Counted from the stretch's first letter, positions 55,832 through 63,235 are shown. The stretch: 64,000 nt of DNA from Endomicrobiales bacterium (GCA_016930715.1 JAFGGC010000003.1:31224-95223), one strand, 5' to 3'. Translations and numbers: made by a program. Notes: generated by a model not told the origin, from the letters alone.

Positions 55832-56512
55832 TTATTCCGAATCATCTTCTTCTTTACCGCTAATACTATCCCGTATTTTCTTTAATTTTAACGGTTGAAC
55901 ATATATATAGTCTAAAATGCTCCAAGTAAAATCTAATGTCGCAGATGCTTTTTCCCAATCCACATCTTTAAGTTCATCATCTTGTTCATGCGCACCCCAA
56001 TTCCCAATGATTCTTGTGGAGTGAGCTATTCCCCGAAGTTGCTCATCCTTTATGACTGCATCAATTTGGTCAATAAGCCTTTTTTTCTTATCTGCCCCCT
56101 TGTCAATTAATGCATTCTGGAGTGTCCTTCGACACATGCTTACACAAGCGCGGTATGCTTCAATTTTCTTGCAATTATTTGCTTCAGCATAATCTTGGCG
56201 AATATCACTTGGTATTTCATCTTTAATACGATAACCATTGAGTAATTCCATAGGGAACACTGTCGTCTTGAATGCAATTTTTGTATGTGTGCTTAAGCTA
56301 TAATCTCTTTCACGTGTTACAAAGAAATGTTTTCTGCAATCATCCCCCTTGCTTGAACATTGTACAAGATAATGCCGCTTATAGTTACTCTCTATTGTTT
56401 CGGCGAGTATTCTTGGGTATATCCCATAACCACAGAAGGGGCATGTAACTCCAAAAGTAGCCGTACCATTCACGCACTCTTGTTTCCAGTCGCTCATATT
56501 GACCTCCGCCAA
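55832..56512 (-). CDS. Zn-ribbon + DUF4145 (HEPN-like) protein
   Basis: N-terminal CPFCGYG...C...C cysteines. C-terminal half has IPSDIRQDYAEANNC...AYRACVSMCRRTLQNALIDKGA...STRIIGNWGAHEQ, the R-x2-GN-x2-AH signature I recall for DUF4145. Confidence 0.7.
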   Translation of the reverse strand: MAEVNMSDWKQECVNGTATFGVTCPFCGYGIYPRILAETIESNYKRHYLVQCSSKGDDCRKHFFVTRERDYSLSTHTKIAFKTTVFPMELLNGYRIKDEIPSDIRQDYAEANNCKKIEAYRACVSMCRRTLQNALIDKGADKKKRLIDQIDAVIKDEQLRGIAHSTRIIGNWGAHEQDDELKDVDWEKASATLDFTWSILDYIYVQPLKLKKIRDSISGKEEDDSE

Positions 56513-56557
56513 GTGTCAGCTTGCAGGTTGCTTTTATGTTACGGTGTCAGATTTCAC

Positions 56558-57148
56558 TTATTCATACATTCTTTCTATTTTATCAGTGCGGTAGGTATTA
56601 GTATTTCCTTGAAGCAGATTAGGATGTTTGTTCAGATACTTCCACGCGAAATCATTAATATTATATGCAAATCCTTCAAGCATAGTCCCAAGGGATGTAG
56701 ATTGATAAATTATGCCTTTGAATGCAAGCCCCTGAACTATGCCATCGTCAATTCGTAATACATTTGTCTTTGACTGTTTTGCGATGTAGAATCTGAGAAT
56801 TTGTTTTTCCTCTTCTGTTAAAACATAAAGGTGTTTACGCATATTTTTCAAAAATATCCAATCTGTTATACACCTTTTTACAATACTTATAGATTCAACT
56901 GCTATCGTAGTGATGCTTGTCGCTAGTGCAAGAATAAATAATATGCTGATCCAAGTACGATAAGTATGAGTAAAATCAAAAATGCTTAAGTATTTGAGAA
57001 TAGGTTCGGGCCCGAAGAGAAGAAAGGCGGAGGCTGCTCCGAGTGCAAAAAGATAACGAGGAGCAAGTTTCACAAATTCCAAGATAAGTTTTGTAATCGA
57101 TTCTATCATATTTCCCTTTTTGTCTATCATCTGATTTGCCGAAGACAA
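56558..57148 (-). CDS. Superinfection-exclusion-B (SieB)-like two-TM membrane protein
   Basis: Two N-terminal TM helices (APRYLFALGAASAFLLF; WISILFILALATSITTIAV), then LTEEEKQILRFYI...GIVQGLAFKGIIYQS...FAYNINDFAWKYLNKHPNLL. This resembles SieB-family proteins from memory and has not been searched. Confidence 0.5.
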   Translation of the reverse strand: MSSANQMIDKKGNMIESITKLILEFVKLAPRYLFALGAASAFLLFGPEPILKYLSIFDFTHTYRTWISILFILALATSITTIAVESISIVKRCITDWIFLKNMRKHLYVLTEEEKQILRFYIAKQSKTNVLRIDDGIVQGLAFKGIIYQSTSLGTMLEGFAYNINDFAWKYLNKHPNLLQGNTNTYRTDKIERMYE

Positions 57149-57523
57149 AATACATTGGACTATGACTTATGTGACGGGGTCAACTTGGCAACTTAACTGG
57201 CATCGTCTTTTTCCCTTTCTAGTCAATATGTATCTTATGTCCAAACGTCAAAAGGGATATTGCCGGAAACGCATGATTGGACACTCATTATTCCCCTTTT
57301 GGATTGATATCGCGATTTTAGCTCTTTTTGGGGGGCAAATCAAGCTTTCGCTGCGGTCCCCCGCCCCCGGACCAAGTCAACCTACGAAGTTGCCTTCGGT
57401 GGCCTTTGCGGGACTTCAATATCGTATATTTCGGAGGTCGCCGCATTGCTAATGAAATACAAGCACATTGGGAATAATTGGAAGAGGTGACAGATTGGCG
57501 CCGGTCGAGAATACTATCACCCA

Positions 57524-57552
57524 TTGACAATGTAGTCATATATTACTACAAT
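57524..57552 (+). promoter_or_regulatory. Sigma70-type promoter flanked by direct repeats (putative autoregulatory operator)
   Basis: TTGACA (57524-29), 17-nt spacer, TACAAT (57547-52). TGTAGTCA occurs at 57532-39 and again at 57553-60. Confidence 0.6.
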
Positions 57553-57573
57553 TGTAGTCAAAAAGGACTACAT

Positions 57574-58170
57574 ATGGATATTCTGAACGTCTCAAGGTCA
57601 AAACTCACGCGGGAACTCCTCGCGTTCTTCTTCACTAACGCCGATAAGGGGTTTTATCTGCGCGAACTTGAAAGGACGCTCGGTTTCTCCGTAGGCAACA
57701 TACGCCGGCAACTGCTCAAATTCGAGAAGGCCGGCCTTTTCTCTTCTTCTAAAACAGGAAACCTGACTTATTACCGCCTTAATAAGTCTTTCCCCCTTTA
57801 TGACGAAATAAAGAGCATCGTAACGAAAACTATAGGCATTTCCGGGATGTTCAAGGAAGCACTCGCGCCTGTAAAAGGCATTGAAACAGCTTTTATATAC
57901 GGCTCATACGCCAAAGGCACGGAAGACGAAAAAAGCGACATAGACCTTTGCGTAGTCGGGGGGCCTGATGACCTTAAACTCATGAAGGCCGTCAAAGCAC
58001 TTGAAAACAAGCTGAAAAGAGAGATAAACTATACCTTATTCTCATCAAAAGAGTTTGCCGAAAAAGCCGGAGAAAAGGGCGGATTCGTCAATCTTGTCCT
58101 GAAGGATAAAATAATACCGGTCATAGGGGGCTTTAATGCCGAAAAAAGTGATAGAAAAACTGCTAAATGA
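57574..58170 (+). CDS. wHTH + minimal nucleotidyltransferase (MNT-type antitoxin-like)
   Basis: wHTH (FYLRELERTLGFSVGNIRRQLLKFEKAGL) followed by IYGSYAKGTEDEKSDIDLCVV (GS-x9-DxD). Confidence 0.75.
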   Translation: MDILNVSRSKLTRELLAFFFTNADKGFYLRELERTLGFSVGNIRRQLLKFEKAGLFSSSKTGNLTYYRLNKSFPLYDEIKSIVTKTIGISGMFKEALAPVKGIETAFIYGSYAKGTEDEKSDIDLCVVGGPDDLKLMKAVKALENKLKREINYTLFSSKEFAEKAGEKGGFVNLVLKDKIIPVIGGFNAEKSDRKTAK

Positions 58171-58606
58171 GAGGAAACTGAAAAAGCAAGACGCCGGCAT
58201 TGTCCAGGTCGAAAAACTTCTTACCCGGTCTATGCACGACCTGTCGGAAGCTCAGAAAATACTGAAAATCGCCGAAGACGCGGCGTACCTTATGGCCTAT
58301 AACGCGATGTTAAAATCCGGCCGGGCGCTCTTGCTGCTCAACGGCTTTGTGCCGGATGACGGCGCGCAGCATAAGACTGTTGTTGAGGTCACCTCGGCGA
58401 TCCTGGGGCCGAAATTTGAAAAAGTAACTTCACATTTTGAAATAATGAGGAAGAAACGCAACATTCTCACCTATGAAGCGGATGGTTTAGTAACGTCTAC
58501 GGAATGCGAAAAAGCGTTTGAAGACTCTATTGAACTCGTTCGTACTATCCTGAATGCGGTAAAGTCGCAAAACCCTCAACTTGAGCTGAAATTTGAACTG
58601 AAATAA
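58136..58606 (+). CDS. HEPN-domain protein, partner of the MNT
   Basis: All-helical, about 156 aa, overlapping the MNT gene by 35 nt. AYNAMLKSGRALLL...MRKKRNILTYE: an R-x4-Y where the canonical motif is Rx4-6H. Confidence 0.6.
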   Translation: MPKKVIEKLLNERKLKKQDAGIVQVEKLLTRSMHDLSEAQKILKIAEDAAYLMAYNAMLKSGRALLLLNGFVPDDGAQHKTVVEVTSAILGPKFEKVTSHFEIMRKKRNILTYEADGLVTSTECEKAFEDSIELVRTILNAVKSQNPQLELKFELK

Positions 58607-58752
58607 AAATCTGCCAACTTCTGACGGGACATAGTTATCATATCCCTATGTTTCTTTTATTGCCAAACCCGCGCAGGAATGGAGGCGCCAGAATGTCACC
58701 ACCAATTGCCAGCGGAAGTGACAGGTTCACATCACTCATCACCCATCACTCA

Positions 58753-59130
58753 TTACCGTCCTCTTCGGAGCAATTCCTCGATCTTATCAAGGAGCACTTT
58801 GTTATCGAAGGGTTTTTGGATATAACAGTCGGCCTTTGCCTCCAGGGCGTCGCGCGCCTCGCTTCCCGTGTGCCTGGCCGTCAGGATGATGATAGGTATA
58901 CCCCCCGTGCTGTTGCCGACCTTCAACGTGCGGCACACGTTGAAGCCGTTCATGTGCGGCATCATCACGTCCAGTATTATCAGGTCGGGCATGTTTTCGC
59001 AGACCTGGTGTATGGCCAGGTCCCCGTCGCGCACGGCCACGACCCGGTAACCCTTGTATTCCAGAAGGCTGGCGACGATTGATATCACGTCATCGTCGTC
59101 GTCAACTATGAGTATCTTTTTACCCGGCAT
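58753..59130 (-). CDS. Stand-alone response-regulator receiver domain (CheY-like)
   Basis: KKILIVDDDDD...DLIILDVMMP...IIILTA...YIQKPF. ATG 59130 lies 4 nt after the upstream stop. Confidence 0.85.
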   Translation of the reverse strand: MPGKKILIVDDDDDVISIVASLLEYKGYRVVAVRDGDLAIHQVCENMPDLIILDVMMPHMNGFNVCRTLKVGNSTGGIPIIILTARHTGSEARDALEAKADCYIQKPFDNKVLLDKIEELLRRGR

Positions 59131-59134
59131 ATAT

Positions 59135-59674
59135 TCACCGTTTTCCAAGTAGTTTATCCTGAAAGTGACTGAATTTTTCCGGATATCCTTCATTTGCCGA
59201 CCATTTTTCAATATTTTTCATATCGAGCTTTTTCCTCTGCGCTTTCGCCACAAGTATCGCCTGTTCAAGCGACTGCGGATCGTTCCAGTGGAAATACGCC
59301 GCGAGCCGGTCTTTAACGCAGTCCGTGGGGGTCAACAAAATTACGGTTTTTATCCTTTCATACCTTGTGACCGGGACTTCCTTTCCTATCGCGACCGGCG
59401 GCGGAGGGAATTCCACGAAATACGGGCATCCGGCCCGCTCGAAATGCCTGCCGCTTTTCTGCTTGAACCCAATATTCTCCAGTATTCCGGCGATCTGCCT
59501 GAGGTCGGCGTGCGACACGTAATCGAGGTCCGATGATTCGTATTTGTTGCGGGTATATATTGAAACGCACGCCCCCCCGACAAGCACCGCGCTGACGCCG
59601 TTTTTCTCAAGCTCCCCGCTGACAATTCGCGCCACTTGCTCCACGTCCGCGTTTTTCCAGCCAGCCTTTTTCAC
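59135..59674 (-). CDS. Nucleotidyltransferase-fold protein (AbiEii/MNT-like)
   Basis: VSAVLVGGACVSIYTRNKYESSDLDYV NTase motif. The GTG start overlaps the upstream stop as GTGA. Confidence 0.6.
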   Translation of the reverse strand: MKKAGWKNADVEQVARIVSGELEKNGVSAVLVGGACVSIYTRNKYESSDLDYVSHADLRQIAGILENIGFKQKSGRHFERAGCPYFVEFPPPPVAIGKEVPVTRYERIKTVILLTPTDCVKDRLAAYFHWNDPQSLEQAILVAKAQRKKLDMKNIEKWSANEGYPEKFSHFQDKLLGKR

Positions 59675-59997
59675 GGTTTCCCCTTTCTTCTCGGCCTGGT
59701 GCGCATCCTGTAGTATTTCTCTATCTCGTCCTGAGGAAGCACGTCCATCGCCTTCTCAAGAAGGGCTTTAAGCTCCCCAAGGAACGGATACGCGGGGTTA
59801 AACTGGTACAGTCTTACCTTTCCCTTAAGTTGGCTCACCACCACGCCGCCGTCTTCAAGGCGGCGCAGCTGTTGAACGACCCCGGTCACGGGGATGCCGA
59901 AAGCCCTCGCTATGCCCCGTATATAGCCGTCCCCGTATACGAGCAGATACAAAAGCACCTTCTCCACGATCCTGTTGCCGAACAGCGGTTCAAGCAT
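59671..59997 (-). CDS. wHTH transcriptional regulator (antitoxin-like)
   Basis: MLEPLFGNRIVEKVLLYLLVYGDGYIRGIARAFGIPVTGVVQQLRRLEDGGVV. ATG 59997 follows AAGGGGA. Confidence 0.65.
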   Translation of the reverse strand: MLEPLFGNRIVEKVLLYLLVYGDGYIRGIARAFGIPVTGVVQQLRRLEDGGVVVSQLKGKVRLYQFNPAYPFLGELKALLEKAMDVLPQDEIEKYYRMRTRPRRKGKP

Positions 59998-60045
59998 ACT
60001 GCCTTCAGTCCCCTTTGTACATAATATATATACGTATGTACACAA

Positions 60046-60076
60046 ATTATATACAATAAAAACCTGATTTTGTCAA
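60046..60076 (-). promoter_or_regulatory. Sigma70-type promoter of the wHTH-NTase-REC operon
   Basis: Minus strand: TTGACA (60076-71), 17-nt spacer, TATATAAT. Two TGTACA hexamers (60016-21 and 60037-42) sit at about +1 and +20. Confidence 0.55.
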
Positions 60077-60146
60077 GGTATTATTTACAGAGAGAGGTTA
60101 TAATCTGATGGGCCGCGCCGTTCTTATTCAAGCCCAAATCCGGCCG

Positions 60147-60527
60147 TCAATTCTCAAGATGGCCGAGGCATCTCTTCGCGGTCTCGACTATATCCTTAAT
60201 GTCGGCCGGTTTCTGGATGTAATCCGTCACGTGCTTTATCAGGTCTTTCGACTTGGGAGGGGTGGGGTCCATGCTGGCGGTAAGCAGGACTATGACGGTA
60301 TGCTCGTTGTATCCCCGCTCGACGATCTCGCGTATCGTGTCCCAGCCGTCCTTCTTGGGCATTATGAGGTCCATAAAAATCACGCCCCTGAACCCGCCCT
60401 TGAGGTGCTCGAGGCATTCGTCAAAACCGGACGCGGCCGTGGCCTCAAGCCCGTTCCGGGTAAGAAGGCGGGAGAGCGCGTCCCTCGTGTCAAGCTCATC
60501 GTCAACGATCATAACCTTTTTGTCCAT
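60147..60527 (-). CDS. Stand-alone response-regulator receiver domain
   Basis: KVMIVDDELD...VIFMDLIMPKKDG...VLLTAS...YIQKPA. Confidence 0.85.
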   Translation of the reverse strand: MDKKVMIVDDELDTRDALSRLLTRNGLEATAASGFDECLEHLKGGFRGVIFMDLIMPKKDGWDTIREIVERGYNEHTVIVLLTASMDPTPPKSKDLIKHVTDYIQKPADIKDIVETAKRCLGHLEN

Positions 60528-61042
60528 TTTTCACCGTCCTTGTTATCCCGCCGGGACCCGATACCGGGAACGCGTCCTTCTGCGTTGGCAAGGATAAATG
60601 TCCCGCCAGGGCGGGATGGCACTATTGAATACCCGCTTTCGCCAGACGCGGCCTTCAATTACCGCGGCTATCTGCCGCATTGAAACCACAGCTTCGGCGG
60701 GTTATCCGCAGACTGTACATACTGTGACATTTACCAAAGTATCTGACGTATTCATCCACAGGTAAACCCGCGCTCTTCCACGTTGGCGGATAAAAACTAT
60801 CCGGCTTCAAACCCGCCGGCATTGAAATCCGCGGACAAGCGGAACGATAACGAATTTTTTTAAAGTACTATTTCCCCTTTAGGACTGATACCCGGATTGT
60901 ATCTCTTTTTTGGAGGTAAATCAAGCTCGACAGCCGTTATCAAAACCCCGCTGGAGCGGGACTCCATTTAGTTATTTGAGGTCACAATTTGTGACCTCAA
61001 ACCGGACTTAAAACTCTGCATAACACATTCGCATTTACCCTC

Positions 61043-61094
61043 TTGACAGATAGTTACCATACAATATACAATAGTCATATGTTTGTATGGTAAC
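61043..61094 (+). promoter_or_regulatory. Promoter with a perfect 12-bp inverted-repeat operator
   Basis: TTGACA (61043-48), 18-nt spacer, TACAAT (61067-72). GTTACCATACAA (61053-64) and TTGTATGGTAAC (61083-94) bracket the -10 and the transcription start (TSS). AAGGAG precedes ATG 61103. Confidence 0.6.
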
Positions 61095-61102
61095 AAGGAG
61101 CG

Positions 61103-61426
61103 ATGATTATGGTGATAAAGAGCGTATTACGCGAAGAATTAAAAAATTCTCTTAGAATCAAAAGAAATTATGAAAAAGAACTGAAAAAACTCCCTGAAGG
61201 AAGCCTTTTAAAGAAGCAGATAAAGGGGTATAGCTACTACTATCTCGTGTCACGCAATAATGGCAAGGTCAAATTTGCTTACAAGGGCAAAACGATATCC
61301 CCCAAATTGGCGGATAAATACAAAAATGCGAAAACACTAAGAGCAAAATATCGCAGTCTTTTGTCAAGCGTGAAAAAACAAATAAAGTTCCTGCGGGGGG
61401 CTCTCCGTGGCAGAGAATCAATATAA
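61103..61426 (+). CDS. Hypothetical basic helical protein, upstream partner of the NTase gene
   Basis: 107 aa, Lys-rich (KKLPEGSLLKKQIKGYSYYYLVSRNNGKVKFAYKGK). Overlaps the N-terminal fragment of the next gene. Confidence 0.5.
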   Translation: MIMVIKSVLREELKNSLRIKRNYEKELKKLPEGSLLKKQIKGYSYYYLVSRNNGKVKFAYKGKTISPKLADKYKNAKTLRAKYRSLLSSVKKQIKFLRGALRGRESI

Positions 61427-62089
61427 GCTGTGTTTAGAGGTCCTGCGCCGGCTTGAAAAAGCCGGGATCCTGAATAGATAGTGATCATAGGCAGTTGGTG
61501 CATACCGTTTTATAAAAACTATTTCTCAAAACCAACCTTTACCACCCCAATTAGAACCAGAGACATAGATTTCCTGGTTCCCGCACCTAAAAAGATCCGC
61601 AAAAACATAAGTGTACCGGAATTGCTCAAAGACCTGGGGTTCATCGTTTCATTCAAGGGTTCTGAAGGCTATATTCAACTGCAACATCCGTTTTTGATGA
61701 TCGAATTCCTTGTGCCGGAAAAAGGAAAGGGTATCGATAAACCCTATCCCCTCCCCAAATTAGGGCTGAACGCGCAAACTTTAAGATTTCTTGATCTTCT
61801 TGGCATTAAAACTATCAAAACGGAACTCGAAGGTATTCAAATCGTCCTGCCGCATCCTGCCGCCTTTGCACTGCATAAATTACTGACGGCTCAGCGCAGA
61901 AAAAACCCTGAAAAAGCGGAAAAAGACAAGAGAGACGCAATTTTAGTGATGGGCAATCTCGTTGAGAATAGCGAACAGGCTGTTTTGCGCAATATTTTTG
62001 AAAAATTGCACGCAAAATGGCAAAAACTGATAATAAAATCACTTGAACAGGAAAAAGAAACAGAGTTATTAGCCCTTCTAAAACCATAG
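61407..62089 (+). pseudogene. Nucleotidyltransferase-fold gene interrupted by a frameshift near 61475
   Basis: Frame A: GTG 61407 ...ENQYKLCLEVLRRLEKAGILNR then TAG (61479-81). Frame B from 61481: VIIGSWCIPFYKNYF...IRTRDIDFLV. The paralogs carry the same helix-then-hhhGG layout within a single frame. Confidence 0.6.
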
Positions 62090-62200
62090 TCTTTGTTTTT
62101 TGTACGATTAATCGGACCCAATTCGTATTTCGCCCGCCGTCTAAGATGGATCGCTGGCTTCATCATTGACACGCTTCGGCGAAAGAAGTACGATAGCGTT

Positions 62201-62584
62201 ATGAAGAAAGCGGTCGTTATTGCCATTGTCGCGTTGATCGTGCTGGCCGCCGCCGGAGCGGCGTGGTCGTTCCGCACGATATACAGCCACGTCGCGGATA
62301 TTTCCGCGCAGGCGTCGGCCGAGTTCGGGGCGCCGGCAGCGGACGCGCTGATGATGACCCTTCAGGACGAAACCCGCCCTTTCAGGGAGAGGAACCGCGC
62401 GGTCTGGGCGCTCGGCCAGCTGGCCGACAGGAAGGCCCTGCCTGTACTCAAAAAATACTACACCGGCGACATCCCCGAAAAAGAGCCGCTCGACAAGGTT
62501 TTGAGCCAGTATGAGCTTGCCAAGGCCATCAAGTGGTGCGAAAAAGGCAACGCCACCAGCTGGATGTACAAGGACCTCCGCTGA
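62201..62584 (+). CDS. Membrane-anchored HEAT-repeat (PBS-lyase-like) protein
   Basis: MKKAVVIAIVALIVLAAAGAAW anchor and RNRAVWALGQLADRKALPVLKKYY HEAT motif. Start chosen at the internal ATG. Confidence 0.6.
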   Translation: MKKAVVIAIVALIVLAAAGAAWSFRTIYSHVADISAQASAEFGAPAADALMMTLQDETRPFRERNRAVWALGQLADRKALPVLKKYYTGDIPEKEPLDKVLSQYELAKAIKWCEKGNATSWMYKDLR

Positions 62585-62698
62585 CCCTTCGCTCCGAATT
62601 CCGCCTTCCACACCACGCTCTCCCTGCCCCCTTTTGACCGCCCATTCCGCAGTCCGCAATCCGCGCTCCGCATTTTCAAGCCCACCAGATACGCCCCC

Positions 62699-62728
62699 TT
62701 GACCGCCTTACAACAATTTGTATATAAT
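62699..62728 (+). promoter_or_regulatory. Sigma70-type promoter
   Basis: TTGACC (62699-704), 18-nt spacer, TATAAT (62723-28). Confidence 0.5.
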
Positions 62729-62809
62729 TAACAACATATTGTGGTAAAGAGTTTTATGGCGGCCAAATCCGGGGTTCAGAACTTAATGATCAGTGCCGGG
62801 AGTTAACCT

Positions 62810-63076
62810 ATGCTTCAGAAACTTTTTTCGTCGAAGGCGCGCGTGGAGATACTCAAGATATTCCTCCTGAACCCGGACGAGTCCTTCTATCAGAGCCAGC
62901 TGGCCGACCTTTCGGAGCAGGCCGTGATGGCCGTGCAGAGGGAAGTGAAGAACCTCGAAGCTCTCGGCCTGCTTGAAAAAAAGGAAAGCGGCAACAGGGT
63001 CTACTACAAGGCGAAAAAGTCGTGCCCCATTTTCCCGGAGCTTCAGAGCATGTTCTCGAAGGCCTTCGGAGAATAG
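62810..63076 (+). CDS. wHTH regulator (antitoxin-like) with no partner gene
   Basis: MLQKLFSSKARVEILKIFLLNPDESFYQSQLADLSEQAVMAVQREVKNLEALGLL. Same fold pattern as 59671-59997 and the N-terminus of 57574. Confidence 0.65.
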   Translation: MLQKLFSSKARVEILKIFLLNPDESFYQSQLADLSEQAVMAVQREVKNLEALGLLEKKESGNRVYYKAKKSCPIFPELQSMFSKAFGE

Positions 63077-63235
63077 CAGTATTGAATTCTCGCCTTAAAA
63101 ATAGTAAACTGATGTCGCTTTGCGGCATCATCCCCGAAGGCTACTGTCGGGGATCCAAGGTTTTAAAAACTGATCGTGCTGGATTCCCCCGCCTCGGCGG
63201 GGGAATGACAAACATAAACCGAAAAGGACGAATAA

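Noticed and set aside
58136-60527. Complete two-component system or Detocs-like defence system, suggested by the two receiver domains
   Set aside because: No histidine kinase, Hpt protein or receiver-effector fusion is present. The receivers are single-domain proteins, so only the weaker NTase-REC linkage hypothesis is reported.
53075-63235. Prophage or integrative element with an integrase
   Set aside because: No tyrosine or serine recombinase, transposase, phage structural or replication genes were detectable in any frame. Only ambiguous short motif sharing occurs at the edges.
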